Of a stretch of 61,539 bases of DNA, positions 34,110-44,365 are shown piece by piece (position 1 is the stretch's first letter; each line of letters begins with the position of its first letter). The stretch is taken from contig JALAGF010006497.1 in NCBI GenBank assembly GCA_030167865.1, positions 1 to 61,539 on the forward strand, written 5' to 3'. Made by a program: the position numbers and the translations under genes. The notes beneath the pieces are model-generated. The model worked only from the letters and a program-made list of their open reading frames with translations. It ran no database searches and was not told the DNA's origin. The stretch comes from Craspedostauros australis (lineage: Eukaryota).

Positions 34110-37100
34110 ATGACACCCAGCATGTTCACCATGGCGAATCCTGGCGCAGCCTCGAAGACGGCACCACTGCCGATCAAGTCACACGCATCCAAGGCTGCTG
34201 CTCCCACCATCATGGCCATCATGGTGCTGTCGGCAGCGACCGCTCCAGTTGCCAATGCATTCGTCCATCCAAGATTCGCCAACGTGCTGCCATCCTCTGC
34301 AGCCTCCTTCATCGCTGATCCTACCACAGTGCACACACCAAGCCAGCCTTCCTCGTATGATGGGCATCTCATGAAGGTCGCTCTGAACAAGCCGTCTTCT
34401 CTCAATGCTGGGGCAAGACTGCAAGATCGAGACACTGAGCAGGCACATGCGAGCCACCGTTCGAATGGTTGCGCCTCGAGTAGCAACGCTGCCAACAGGG
34501 GCAACATCAATAGCATCGCCAACCAAGAAGACGACTGCCCATCCACAACTGAGACATCCGAGCGGGTTCTATCGTCCAGAACAGAAGGCGCATCCACTCC
34601 CCGAGATCGACGCTTGTTCTTCGCATCGTCGTTGTTTGGCGCAGGCGCGCTCCTGACTGCTGATGCTGGCCCATCCAACGCACTTGAGGCTGCGGTGGCG
34701 GATTCGACGTTGCCCAATCCTTCCTGGGTGAAGGACCCCATCAACAAACGATTCGGCGTGACGGTGGATGACGCCACCAAGGCTGGATACAACGATGCCT
34801 TCATCACCTACCTCACCCGTTTCCTCCTCAACTTCGACAAGGACACGCAGGCACTCTGGTTCACGGAGCAACCGAAGATCCCGCTGCGCGCCACCGAAGA
34901 GCAGATCGACCAAATTCGCTTGGAAGAGTTCGCTCAGTTCGCAGCATCCATCAGCGCCAACCTTCTGCAAAACTACGCCGGATCGGACGGGCCCACCAGG
35001 CTGCTGCAGCAGCTCAAGAATCGCTACTGTCCCGCTGACATAGTCAACTCCGGCATCAAGCCAGCATCCGCCTCGAAGGGTGTGGACAGCAAAAACGACG
35101 ACCCAGCCTCAAAGAAGCGTAGGCGACAACGACGCGAAGCACGTGAGGCGCAGCGACAGCTCGCGATCCTTTTCGGTCTGCTCGGACGCGAGGTCCAGCC
35201 AACCAAGGAAATCACCAAGCTCCTTGGTGCCGTCGACAACGCCTCGTTCCAATCGGTGGTCTTCAACGTCGTGTCTGACAAGCCGACGGTCCTCAACGGA
35301 TTCACCAAGGATGATCCTGTCCCGGCCATCACCTTACCTCCACCGCAAGCCGAAGGCGATCAGTTCAAACAGGCAGCTGGTGTCGCCAAGCTCACGCCGA
35401 CAGGCAAGATCCTGCGCGTCAAGCTGGACGATGGTGGAGCAGGGTATGACCCAAAGTCACCACCAACAGTCACAATTGCACCTCCAGCGTCGATAGCGGA
35501 GGGTGCCCGTCCGGCCGTGCTGAAAGCCAATATCGTTGCAAGAGGACCCAACAAAGGATCCATCGAAAGCATTGACATGGTCGACTTCGGCGCAGGATAC
35601 GCCAACCAAGACAAACTGGAGATCACCATTGAAGCACCAACAGTTCCGGAGGCAGCAGGCGGCGAGAACCCAGCCGAAATCGATCCAAGTGCCATCCGAA
35701 GCGCCAAGGCGACCGCCTTACTCGATCTAGAAGTGACTGGGGTCCAGATCACGGAACCTGGCTCCGGGTACGCTGCAGAACGACCTATCAAGGTCCTACT
35801 TGAGCTTCCGCCGACGAGGAATGGACGAGAACCGGAGAGAATCGAGGTGGGAAAAGCATCGCCCCAGGCAGAGAAGACGTCCTACACTTCGTTCCGCAAG
35901 CAGGGTGATACCAAAACCATCTCGGAGAAGCAGGACCAATTCAAGGACAAGTACAAAGTCCAACCGAATGAGAGGAAGGGTACCGACAGCAATGAATCCG
36001 AAGATGAAAATGACGACGGAAAGGGTGAAAGGATCGTCAGCGGAACTGCCAGTGGTCCTGACAGTGGGTTGCCCGCCTTGCCCTTCTTGGGGCGCGCGTC
36101 GCAGTCTGAGCAGCTGCTGTCCCTGCTCCCGGAAGGGTTCGGGTTAGAATACGACGTGAAGCAAAAGTACTACTTCCTCTCGGTCGCCCCAGACTACTTG
36201 ACCAAATATACGAACCTCAGCCAGCAACCATCGGCCAACCGTCCTCTGGTGCCAGACTTTGGACCTCGCGGACGATCTCCCATCGAGCGCGACATGAAGC
36301 TGGGTCTCGCAGCCTACCTGCGGTTCAGCCTATCTGGTGCGATCTGCGCATCGGGCGTTCATCTCGCGCTGACTCCGCTGGACGTCGTGAAGACCAAGGT
36401 CCAGACCAACCCGAGCAAGTACGCCTCCGTGGGATCGTCGTTCGGCACCGTGCTGAAGGAGGAAGGCGCGTCGACTTTCTTCACCGGATGGGTGCCGACC
36501 TTCCTGGGTAACTTCGTGTCCGGCGCAACCCTGTACGCGCTGACCGAAGTCATCCGGCGCAGTCTCACGGAAGCAGCGGGCGTGGACGCGCTGAGCCTGG
36601 AAGTCCCCATCATTCTCGCTGCTGCGGCAGTCGCGTCGGCCGTGGGATCCATCATCATCTGCCCATTCGAAGCTGTCCGCATCCGATCCGTCGCGCAGCC
36701 GGACTACGCACCGAACGCATTCGGCGTGTGCAAACGGCTGCTGGACGAGGAGGGCATCGGATCGCTGGTCAATGCAATCCCGGTATTCCTGGCCAAGAAC
36801 ATTCCGTACGCGATGGTGAAGTTCACCGTGTTCGATCTGTCCACGGAATACCTGTTCCACACCTACCCGATCGCCAACGAACAGCTGGAGCTCTCGCTGC
36901 TGATCAGCCTGATCGGCGGCATCCTGGGTGGCACGTCCGCCGCCATCGTCTCCAATCCCGCCGACGCCGTGATCTCGGAGCTGAAGAAGGCGAAGTCTGA
37001 TATGTCCCCGCAGGAGGCCGTCACGAACATCCTGGATCGTGGCGGTGTGTCGGAGCTGTTCAAAGGATTGCCACTTCGCATGGTGTTCTACTCACTGGTG

Positions 37101-37223
37101 GCGAGCTTGCAGTTCTCGGTATACGATGGTGTCCGTTTTGCGTTGGGCATCGGTGCAGATGATCTGAAGCTGTACTTGGACATTCTCGGAGGGGCTCTTG
37201 CAGGAAAGGGGGGTCCGATCTAA
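34110..37223 (+). CDS. Mitochondrial carrier family (phosphate carrier-like) protein with ~730 aa N-terminal extension, probably plastid-targeted
   Basis: Three carrier signatures (PLDVVKTKVQ, PFEAVRIR, PADAVISE) typical of PiC/Mir1. N-terminal hydrophobic stretch ending VANA|FVH. First in-frame ATG at 34110; alternative start at 34212. Confidence 0.88.
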   Translation: MTPSMFTMANPGAASKTAPLPIKSHASKAAAPTIMAIMVLSAATAPVANAFVHPRFANVLPSSAASFIADPTTVHTPSQPSSYDGHLMKVALNKPSSLNAGARLQDRDTEQAHASHRSNGCASSSNAANRGNINSIANQEDDCPSTTETSERVLSSRTEGASTPRDRRLFFASSLFGAGALLTADAGPSNALEAAVADSTLPNPSWVKDPINKRFGVTVDDATKAGYNDAFITYLTRFLLNFDKDTQALWFTEQPKIPLRATEEQIDQIRLEEFAQFAASISANLLQNYAGSDGPTRLLQQLKNRYCPADIVNSGIKPASASKGVDSKNDDPASKKRRRQRREAREAQRQLAILFGLLGREVQPTKEITKLLGAVDNASFQSVVFNVVSDKPTVLNGFTKDDPVPAITLPPPQAEGDQFKQAAGVAKLTPTGKILRVKLDDGGAGYDPKSPPTVTIAPPASIAEGARPAVLKANIVARGPNKGSIESIDMVDFGAGYANQDKLEITIEAPTVPEAAGGENPAEIDPSAIRSAKATALLDLEVTGVQITEPGSGYAAERPIKVLLELPPTRNGREPERIEVGKASPQAEKTSYTSFRKQGDTKTISEKQDQFKDKYKVQPNERKGTDSNESEDENDDGKGERIVSGTASGPDSGLPALPFLGRASQSEQLLSLLPEGFGLEYDVKQKYYFLSVAPDYLTKYTNLSQQPSANRPLVPDFGPRGRSPIERDMKLGLAAYLRFSLSGAICASGVHLALTPLDVVKTKVQTNPSKYASVGSSFGTVLKEEGASTFFTGWVPTFLGNFVSGATLYALTEVIRRSLTEAAGVDALSLEVPIILAAAAVASAVGSIIICPFEAVRIRSVAQPDYAPNAFGVCKRLLDEEGIGSLVNAIPVFLAKNIPYAMVKFTVFDLSTEYLFHTYPIANEQLELSLLISLIGGILGGTSAAIVSNPADAVISELKKAKSDMSPQEAVTNILDRGGVSELFKGLPLRMVFYSLVASLQFSVYDGVRFALGIGADDLKLYLDILGGALAGKGGPI

Positions 37224-37780
37224 GGCAAGAAGAGAGCTGAACGTGCAAGTACTATGTTAATTGTGATTGAGCTTATCTCCATGGAGTGAAGTCCTGGCTT
37301 GAATACCATAATATAGTATGGTATTAGTATGATGCTGTGCTCCTACCAGCTACGACACCATGCTACGCAAGTCGGCAGAATGCTCACAGGATCGACATAC
37401 TATGATTGATCCGATTCCTCGACGTTCCCTTCATCCATGACTAACGTGTGATACAGGACTGGATCATTGCGGACCAAACACAACCAGCAAACGAAAAAGA
37501 TCGGCTTCGTTGAAACACATGTCACGAGAACTGCCCATCACCCCACAAGTGTTTGCATGGTGTGAATGCGCGCCAAACACAGAGAGAGAGCCTCCCAGAT
37601 CCTCATTCCCCACCGCCTTCATTGTTGTCTTTCATATTAGTACTTTACCATTGCATTACATTCCTTAATATTATATTATACAACACAATTGTATAATAAA
37701 ATATCTGCCTACGACTACGACTACCCCTACCCCCACCCACTTGACCGCTTGCCTACCATATTGACTGAAGTCAAGACACG

Positions 37781-39805
37781 ATGGGAGAATCGGATGAGGT
37801 GGATCCCAACGCCCCGCCTCCGCCGCCTGAGCTGCGCGGGATCTTCGGCGAGAAGGGCGACTCGCTGAACTGGCTGGACGCGACGTCCAAGTTCCCCAAC
37901 GGAGTGCCCCGCTTCAAATCGCGTGCGGAATGTCTGGAGTTCATGCAGGAGTACAACAAGATGCACGGCGGTTCCAATCCCGATCACCCGCAGCTGAAGC
38001 ACATCTTCACCACGCTCATCTCGTGGGATCAGATCAAGAAGATCCTGCTGCCGGCCATGGAGAAGGCGCGCGAAGAGCCGTCGTTCTCGAAGCCCGTCCC
38101 GCAGTCCTACGGAAACGAGCCCGATGACACATCCGACAACGTCTTCGAACACACGCGGGCGCAGAAGGTGCTGGACTCTATCAACTTCCGCTTGGACCAG
38201 CCCTTCCATCAGTGCACGACGCCCGCGTCCGTCCTCAACACGCTCAAGTACCTCTTCTTTCACATGAAGTGCGGCATCTACGTCATGATCCGCAACGGGA
38301 AGGTGCGCATCTTCTGCCCCTTCACCAACGCGGACTATCGCAACACGTGGAGTGACAAGCTCACCATCGAGACGGGGTCGTTGGATCGCTACTACACGCT
38401 CAAGGCTGGCAACTATCGCGAGGAGAACATCGAGAACGACATCGGCAAGTGGTGGGCCAACGGCAACATCATCTGCAACGAGCTCACCAAGGACGACGAC
38501 AAGGAGAAGATGCAGTACTGGGGAGACCAGTTCCTGTCGCCGTTGCGCGACATGCTGGCGGAGGCGTGCAACCAACGCGAGATCCCTGACTGCGAGTTCT
38601 TCCTCAACAAGCGTGATTACCCGCAGCTCAAGGTCAACGTGCAACGCGGCGAACCGGTGGAGCCATACGGCTTCATCTTCGACAAGGATGATCGGGATCC
38701 AGAGCAGGACGTGGACCTGGCGCCGCAGCACAAATTCAACTCGTACGCACCGATCGTCAGCTTTTACGCTGCGGCCGAGGATCGCTTCACGGATATTCCG
38801 TGGCCGTCGTCCGAGGACTGGGAAGGTGCGTGCGGTCTCGTGTTCCCGCAGACATTCATCCATGAGAAGGACAAGACCGGAGTCCCCATCTTTGGCAATC
38901 CGCGTGATCTCTTCACGGAGGAGAACTTCCGCAAATTCGAACGGGGTTGGGATGAGAACAGAGTCGCCACGGCATTCTTCCGAGGCACGGCGACGGGCGG
39001 GGGCACGACGATCGACAACAACCAGCGGCTCAAGGTCGCCCACTACTCGCACGAATGGAAGAACGACGAGGAGAAGGGCGGGGATGAGCCCTTTCTCGAC
39101 GCCGCCATCGTGGGTTGGAATCTGCGCGACAAGAAGATCGCGGATCGGCCCATGACCTTCCTGCGACAGAAGAAGTTCGGTTTCACTGCTGGTCGCCATC
39201 ACTTCACGCCCATCTACGAACAGTCCAAGTACAAGTACCTCGTCTACGTCGATGGTCACTGCGCCGCCTGCCGTTACGGATTCATGATGCGGCTGGGTTC
39301 GGTCATTCTCAAGGTCGAGCCGCGGCAGGTGGCCGACCGCATGTGGTACTTCCCGCTGCTGCAGCCCTACGTCGACCACGTCCCGGTCAAGCCGGATCTG
39401 TCCGACCTCGAGGAAAAGATCCGCTGGTGTCGCAACAATGATGACAAGTGCCGCCAGATCGCCGCCAACTGCATGGAGTTGTACAGCAAGTACGTCGCGC
39501 GGTCGGCGCTCTTGGATTACGTGCAGATGGCGACGAAGCACATGGCGAAGCGGCAGGTGAAGGTGCCGAAATGGTACTCGCCTCCACCCGCCGAACAGCC
39601 TCCGCCAAAGCTCGATCCCCCGGTGGGAAAGTGCTACGAGGACCACAAAGTGTCAAAGCTCTGCACCAGATGCAATGCTGAGGAAGAGAGAGAAAGGCAG
39701 GATCTGGAAAAGGCAGAAGCTAGACTCAAAGAGGACAAGAAGGACAAGACGAAGAGGAAGAAATCTCTCCGATCTCGAATGCTCAAGCGGGTGAAGAAAA
39801 GCTGA
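37781..39805 (+). CDS. Glycosyltransferase family 90 (CAP10-like) protein
   Basis: PDCEFFLNKRDYP, DIPWP..EDW, AFFRGTATG, EQSKYKYLVYVDGH...RY, WYFPLLQPYVDHVPVKPDLSDLEEKIRW...D..C..IA; intronless with very high GC3. Confidence 0.9.
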   Translation: MGESDEVDPNAPPPPPELRGIFGEKGDSLNWLDATSKFPNGVPRFKSRAECLEFMQEYNKMHGGSNPDHPQLKHIFTTLISWDQIKKILLPAMEKAREEPSFSKPVPQSYGNEPDDTSDNVFEHTRAQKVLDSINFRLDQPFHQCTTPASVLNTLKYLFFHMKCGIYVMIRNGKVRIFCPFTNADYRNTWSDKLTIETGSLDRYYTLKAGNYREENIENDIGKWWANGNIICNELTKDDDKEKMQYWGDQFLSPLRDMLAEACNQREIPDCEFFLNKRDYPQLKVNVQRGEPVEPYGFIFDKDDRDPEQDVDLAPQHKFNSYAPIVSFYAAAEDRFTDIPWPSSEDWEGACGLVFPQTFIHEKDKTGVPIFGNPRDLFTEENFRKFERGWDENRVATAFFRGTATGGGTTIDNNQRLKVAHYSHEWKNDEEKGGDEPFLDAAIVGWNLRDKKIADRPMTFLRQKKFGFTAGRHHFTPIYEQSKYKYLVYVDGHCAACRYGFMMRLGSVILKVEPRQVADRMWYFPLLQPYVDHVPVKPDLSDLEEKIRWCRNNDDKCRQIAANCMELYSKYVARSALLDYVQMATKHMAKRQVKVPKWYSPPPAEQPPPKLDPPVGKCYEDHKVSKLCTRCNAEEERERQDLEKAEARLKEDKKDKTKRKKSLRSRMLKRVKKS

Positions 39806-39946
39806 TGTAGAGTGGCATACTCTTGCGTTACGCCATCCATCGGTGACAACATACTTAGATCCAGTCTTATTCGTTTCTGGTGTTGCTGTTGCCGTTGCTG
39901 TTACCGTTGCTACTGTTGTTCGGTGACATATGAGAGGTAACGGCCA

Positions 39947-42900
39947 TCAAAAGAAATCATCGTCGCTTTCGCTACTTCCGGCACCGACATCCATGTCCTG
40001 ATCGCCATCGCTGTCTGAATCCCCAAGATTCTGAACGTGAAGCGTGCATCCCGGGCTCAGCTTTCCCCTGAGTTCGGTGCTTCCGTCACCGAACACTGTA
40101 TCCGATACAGTCTTTCGAGCTGGAATTGACACCAAACTCTTCTTAGTCTGCTTCTGCCTCTGTTTCATCTTACTCCTCAACTTGTTTTCTCTGTTGATGT
40201 CCCTCTTCAAGCCCATCAGGTAGGTCTTGTACCCTTTTGGTCGATGATTCGGCCGCAGGGATAGATCATGGTCTGGTTTGGCCTTGATTGCGCTGCCTAG
40301 ATCCAGATTTGCAAGGTATGACACGTCCAACGGTGGGAGGCCCGAGATGGGGAACAGCTCCTTCATGGGAGTTGCATCGAAGATGTCATCTTCCTCCGGC
40401 GAGCTCATGCAGGAATCCCTCTCACTTGCCTTGCTCTTTGCGTCGTTGGCCATCCTCGCTGCCTTCGTCGTAGGCGTCTTCACCAAGGAGAAGAACTTAT
40501 CCTGGCATTCTGCGGCACTTCTGTTCGGCATCCTCTCCGCTACATCACACCAGAATGTGGAAGAAAGTGGGTCGATCTTGCTCCTCGTGGAATGCAGCAG
40601 ACTCAGCTCGTCCTGAGTCCATTCATCTGCACGAACTGAACTTGTCGGAACGCCGTCCACACCTGCTGCGATTGTGACTTTCTTCACCGGTGACTTGGAA
40701 GTGTTGGACGACGACTTACGACTCCCTTTCAACGCGGATACTCGTCTGTTCGATTTCCCGCGCTTCTTGCGATTGGTCTTGCCGTCGTCGTAGTCGCTGC
40801 TGGCGTCGTTGTCGTCAGCCTCCGATGTGACATGTTGCTCTTCCCTCGATTCCTCCTTTTCCTCTTGCTCTTGCTGTTTTTTGTTGTTTGGAGCAAGATT
40901 CGTTTCCATGGCCTCAGGACTTGCATCCATGTACGTGCCGAAACGATTAGTCTGTCGACGACTGCGCCTGGACCGGCGGACATTGCCTTTGGATTCTTCC
41001 AATGAGACGTTCATCGCGACATTCACTTCAGCCTCGTCGGTCATCCGTGCAGTTGATTTGCTTCGATTTTCCTCACCGAGCGCCTTCATCTCACTGGAGT
41101 TCGCTGCTGTTGCTATTTCCAAATCTGGATCTGAGCGGCATGATTCTGTTTGTGATGACGTTTGTGAAGTGTTTGATGAAGTGGATGCATCCGATATGCG
41201 CGATGAAGTGGATGCACTCGCTGAGTCCTCTGATGAACTCGGCGCTGAATTCTGAGATATGATTCTTTCGTTCTCAGATGGATCGTCCGCATCAACGATG
41301 GGTTGCTCCTGGCTTTGGGCTGCCTGCACCATTGAGTTGCTGGTTGAGCTGCTGGTCGTACTGTCGTTGGAGAGCCGCTTGCTCCTCCTTCTCTGCTTCA
41401 GCGAGTGCTTCGTAGCAGACTTCTTCTTCGTCGTCACTCTCTTGTCGTTTTGCTTCTGCTTGGTAGCAGACGACCGCCGTTTTCGCTCTGATTTGCGTAA
41501 TGATGATACAGCAACATGGCGTGGTGTCGGCTGGTCTTGTGGTGGTGAGTCACGGGCATCAGTATCATGTATTACCTCTTCAACGATTGGTTCATGAAAC
41601 GAGGAGTCTTGGTGGAATGCTCGGCGAACTTCGTCCAACGATCTGCGACTCTTTGCATGGAAGCGATTTGGGCTGCGGTCGATTGACACAGTTGCGTCGA
41701 AGCTTTCCATGCGAGTTTCGCTTGCAGGTGTCATGAGTTCTACGTCGTTGGTACGATTCGTTGTGTCTTCCTTACGGTCGTGTTGCGTGGCCACTGCTCG
41801 AAGAGGGGACGAGCTGATGCTCGGCCTGTCGCTCTCTCCTGTCGTTTGCTGCGCGGCGCTGGACTTCCTCCTATCGTCACTGAGTGTGGAAGCTGGTTGG
41901 TCCACCAAGTTTGGAAACATGGCAACATCCATGTCGATGGGACTGGCAGTCGCTGCGTCCCTTCGGATGGTCGAGCAACAGATGGCGTGCGGTCGTCCCC
42001 CGTGACATGTTAGCGGTTCCCCACCGCTAACACTGTTCTGTGCCGATGCGCTCGAGCGCCGTCGCTGGCTTTGTCGTCTGGATGATTGTTTGCATGAATG
42101 TTTGGATTTGGACGTTGCTGGTGCTTGGAGCTTTCGATCGCTTGCAGAGGAGACCTCATCAGCCGTCTCGGTTTGGCCTGCAGTGGTGCCGATGGTTGCA
42201 ATTTGCATGTCATCCTGATGAGGTTCCAGCTGCGCGCTATTTTCTCTTGATGCTGGAAGGCAGGGCTTTCTGAGGGAGGGTGGATCTGGCGCCCTGTCGC
42301 TGGTGGTGAATACATCTGCAACGATTTCATTCATAGCATCCACCGGCTGCTTCAGACTGTCTGTCGTCGCTGCCGTCTCCTCTGGCGGATCAGGTCGTTG
42401 CACCGCTCCATTCTCGCGCAAGTTGTAGCGTGACGATTTGCGACGGTTTTTTGCGCCAGGCGGGTCATTCCGGTCCGATGGGTCCCAGCTGGGCAGGACC
42501 GGCATGTAGTAGCTCGTCGATGTGGATTCAGTCGCATGACAGGAACCCATACTTGTAGTCAATATCGGTTCAGACAAGACGCTCGTGACAGGATCGGGCT
42601 TTTCCTCTGATGCACGAGTATATACTCCGTCTCTGGTTTCGCGTTCATCAGGTGTGATGCCATCGCTCGCGCTGGCTGCGTTGGCCGTTCCCAGTCGTTC
42701 ATCATCCATCGCGTCGATCATAGCTGTGTCGATGTCGTCATTGTCAGCAGGCTGATCAGGAATTGTTGGCTGGCCATCCGATTCGGTGAAATCATCCGAT
42801 GCCAGAGGTAGGACTGCGTCGTGCTCGTCACGATGATCATTCTCGTCATCGGTCTTGTTTGGTGGAGATTCCTGTGGTGCGCTGCAGTTCATGGCATCGC

Positions 42901-44365
42901 TGATTTCGTCCCCAGTTTCTGTCTGTGTCGAATCTGTTGCTGCCAACAGTTCCGGTTCTGTGGTGTCCCGCTCTGGTAGGGCGATGCGAGTGTTTGCAGC
43001 GCCGGGTGCCCCATCCGCGTGTTCTTCGCTAGCAGCGTCTCCATCTTCAGAAACCGTTGCGAGGTTCTCTGCGTTGTGGTCTTCCACTTCGGCTGTTGGC
43101 GCAGTCTCGCATGCAGCACCTTGCAGCGTTTCATCTGATGGATTGTCGTCTGTTGCAGTGTTGTCCGTGGTGTGTGCTGATATCTCTTGCTCCGCTTTCG
43201 CTTTCGCTTCCACTTCCTCCGACAATGCTTTTCGTTTGTGCTCATCCCGCAGGAGCCGAGAAAGCGTTGACAGCGATCCTGATGCTGGCCTGGACCTCGA
43301 TCTTGATCTTCGTTGTGATCTCGACCGCGATCTGGATCGCGACCTTCGTCGAGGGCGGCTTCTCGATCGTGATCGTTTTCGTCTCTTGGGACTACGAGTC
43401 AGCATCGTTATCGACGCATTGATCTGCTCTGTTTGATCCTTCGATCCATCCTTCGATCCATCCTTCCCGCATCCCATTGGTTTGACGAACATTTCACCCA
43501 GCACACCGAATCCATTCGATTTGCTCGTTTTGGGACCAGCCGGTTTCTTCGTTCGCTTCGAACGGCTGCTGGTGCGACCGCGTTGGAATGATGTCGAGGT
43601 CGAGGTCGATGTCGACTGTTTCTCCTCCGTTGCATTGCTCGCGTTTGCTACGTTCTCCTTGTCGAACAGCATTGCGAACATCCCGATGCCAGATGAAGCG
43701 GCCTTTGCTTTGCGCGATCTCGATGCCTTTCCTTGATGGATGGCTGCGGTTCGTTTCGTCGATGCAACTGCTTGGTTCTTGCTTCGTTCCTTTGTGGCCG
43801 ATGATGATGACGATGATGAGAGAGATGTTGTAGATGAGGATAAGGACGACGGACTCTTCTTACGCTTGCGAGTCTTCTTCTCTGGCTGTGGCTCTCGCTG
43901 TTGATGTGGCGCTTTCGGTTCACGTGTCGATCGATGGTGCGCACTTTGGGTCCGCTTCTTGGTGATGTTGTGAATCGATGACAGAGCATCGCTCCTGAAA
44001 CCTCCGATCGTTCCCACAACCTGGCTCTTTGCCGACGTGGTTGGCCTCAGCGTCTCCTTTGCTTTCGCCTTCGCCCTCGCCTTCGACGATTGCGACAGCG
44101 TTGACCGCTTCGTCTTTTTCTTCGACTCGGTCTTGTTGTTCTGTTGCCCTTTGCTTCGGTGCACTTCCGCAGCTGCAAGGCCCGAGCTCAGCATGGCCAG
44201 GCTGTCTACCGGCACCAGTGGTCGATTCTTTCTCCTCGTGCTGACGGAGAGAGTTTCATCTTCATCGGCGGCCTTTTGTGCATCGTTCGACGTGGTGTTG
44301 CCCAACGGGAACAGTACCTTTTTAACAACATTCATCGTCGTCTTCGTTGAGGACATGGCCTTCAT
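39947..44365 (-). CDS. Large disordered nuclear protein with a C-terminal SANT/Myb domain (M18BP1/KNL2-like)
   Basis: 1472 aa ORF, Ser/Lys/Arg-rich with an RS tract; EWTQDELSLL...FWCDVAERMPNRSAAECQDKF followed by EEDDIFDATP. Confidence 0.82.
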   Translation of the reverse strand: MKAMSSTKTTMNVVKKVLFPLGNTTSNDAQKAADEDETLSVSTRRKNRPLVPVDSLAMLSSGLAAAEVHRSKGQQNNKTESKKKTKRSTLSQSSKARAKAKAKETLRPTTSAKSQVVGTIGGFRSDALSSIHNITKKRTQSAHHRSTREPKAPHQQREPQPEKKTRKRKKSPSSLSSSTTSLSSSSSSSATKERSKNQAVASTKRTAAIHQGKASRSRKAKAASSGIGMFAMLFDKENVANASNATEEKQSTSTSTSTSFQRGRTSSRSKRTKKPAGPKTSKSNGFGVLGEMFVKPMGCGKDGSKDGSKDQTEQINASITMLTRSPKRRKRSRSRSRPRRRSRSRSRSRSQRRSRSRSRPASGSLSTLSRLLRDEHKRKALSEEVEAKAKAEQEISAHTTDNTATDDNPSDETLQGAACETAPTAEVEDHNAENLATVSEDGDAASEEHADGAPGAANTRIALPERDTTEPELLAATDSTQTETGDEISDAMNCSAPQESPPNKTDDENDHRDEHDAVLPLASDDFTESDGQPTIPDQPADNDDIDTAMIDAMDDERLGTANAASASDGITPDERETRDGVYTRASEEKPDPVTSVLSEPILTTSMGSCHATESTSTSYYMPVLPSWDPSDRNDPPGAKNRRKSSRYNLRENGAVQRPDPPEETAATTDSLKQPVDAMNEIVADVFTTSDRAPDPPSLRKPCLPASRENSAQLEPHQDDMQIATIGTTAGQTETADEVSSASDRKLQAPATSKSKHSCKQSSRRQSQRRRSSASAQNSVSGGEPLTCHGGRPHAICCSTIRRDAATASPIDMDVAMFPNLVDQPASTLSDDRRKSSAAQQTTGESDRPSISSSPLRAVATQHDRKEDTTNRTNDVELMTPASETRMESFDATVSIDRSPNRFHAKSRRSLDEVRRAFHQDSSFHEPIVEEVIHDTDARDSPPQDQPTPRHVAVSSLRKSERKRRSSATKQKQNDKRVTTKKKSATKHSLKQRRRSKRLSNDSTTSSSTSNSMVQAAQSQEQPIVDADDPSENERIISQNSAPSSSEDSASASTSSRISDASTSSNTSQTSSQTESCRSDPDLEIATAANSSEMKALGEENRSKSTARMTDEAEVNVAMNVSLEESKGNVRRSRRSRRQTNRFGTYMDASPEAMETNLAPNNKKQQEQEEKEESREEQHVTSEADDNDASSDYDDGKTNRKKRGKSNRRVSALKGSRKSSSNTSKSPVKKVTIAAGVDGVPTSSVRADEWTQDELSLLHSTRSKIDPLSSTFWCDVAERMPNRSAAECQDKFFSLVKTPTTKAARMANDAKSKASERDSCMSSPEEDDIFDATPMKELFPISGLPPLDVSYLANLDLGSAIKAKPDHDLSLRPNHRPKGYKTYLMGLKRDINRENKLRSKMKQRQKQTKKSLVSIPARKTVSDTVFGDGSTELRGKLSPGCTLHVQNLGDSDSDGDQDMDVGAGSSESDDDFF

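Noticed and set aside
37727..39646. 639 aa antisense ORF over the GT90 gene
   Set aside because: Explained by the extreme GC3 codon bias of the sense gene suppressing antisense stops; no motifs.
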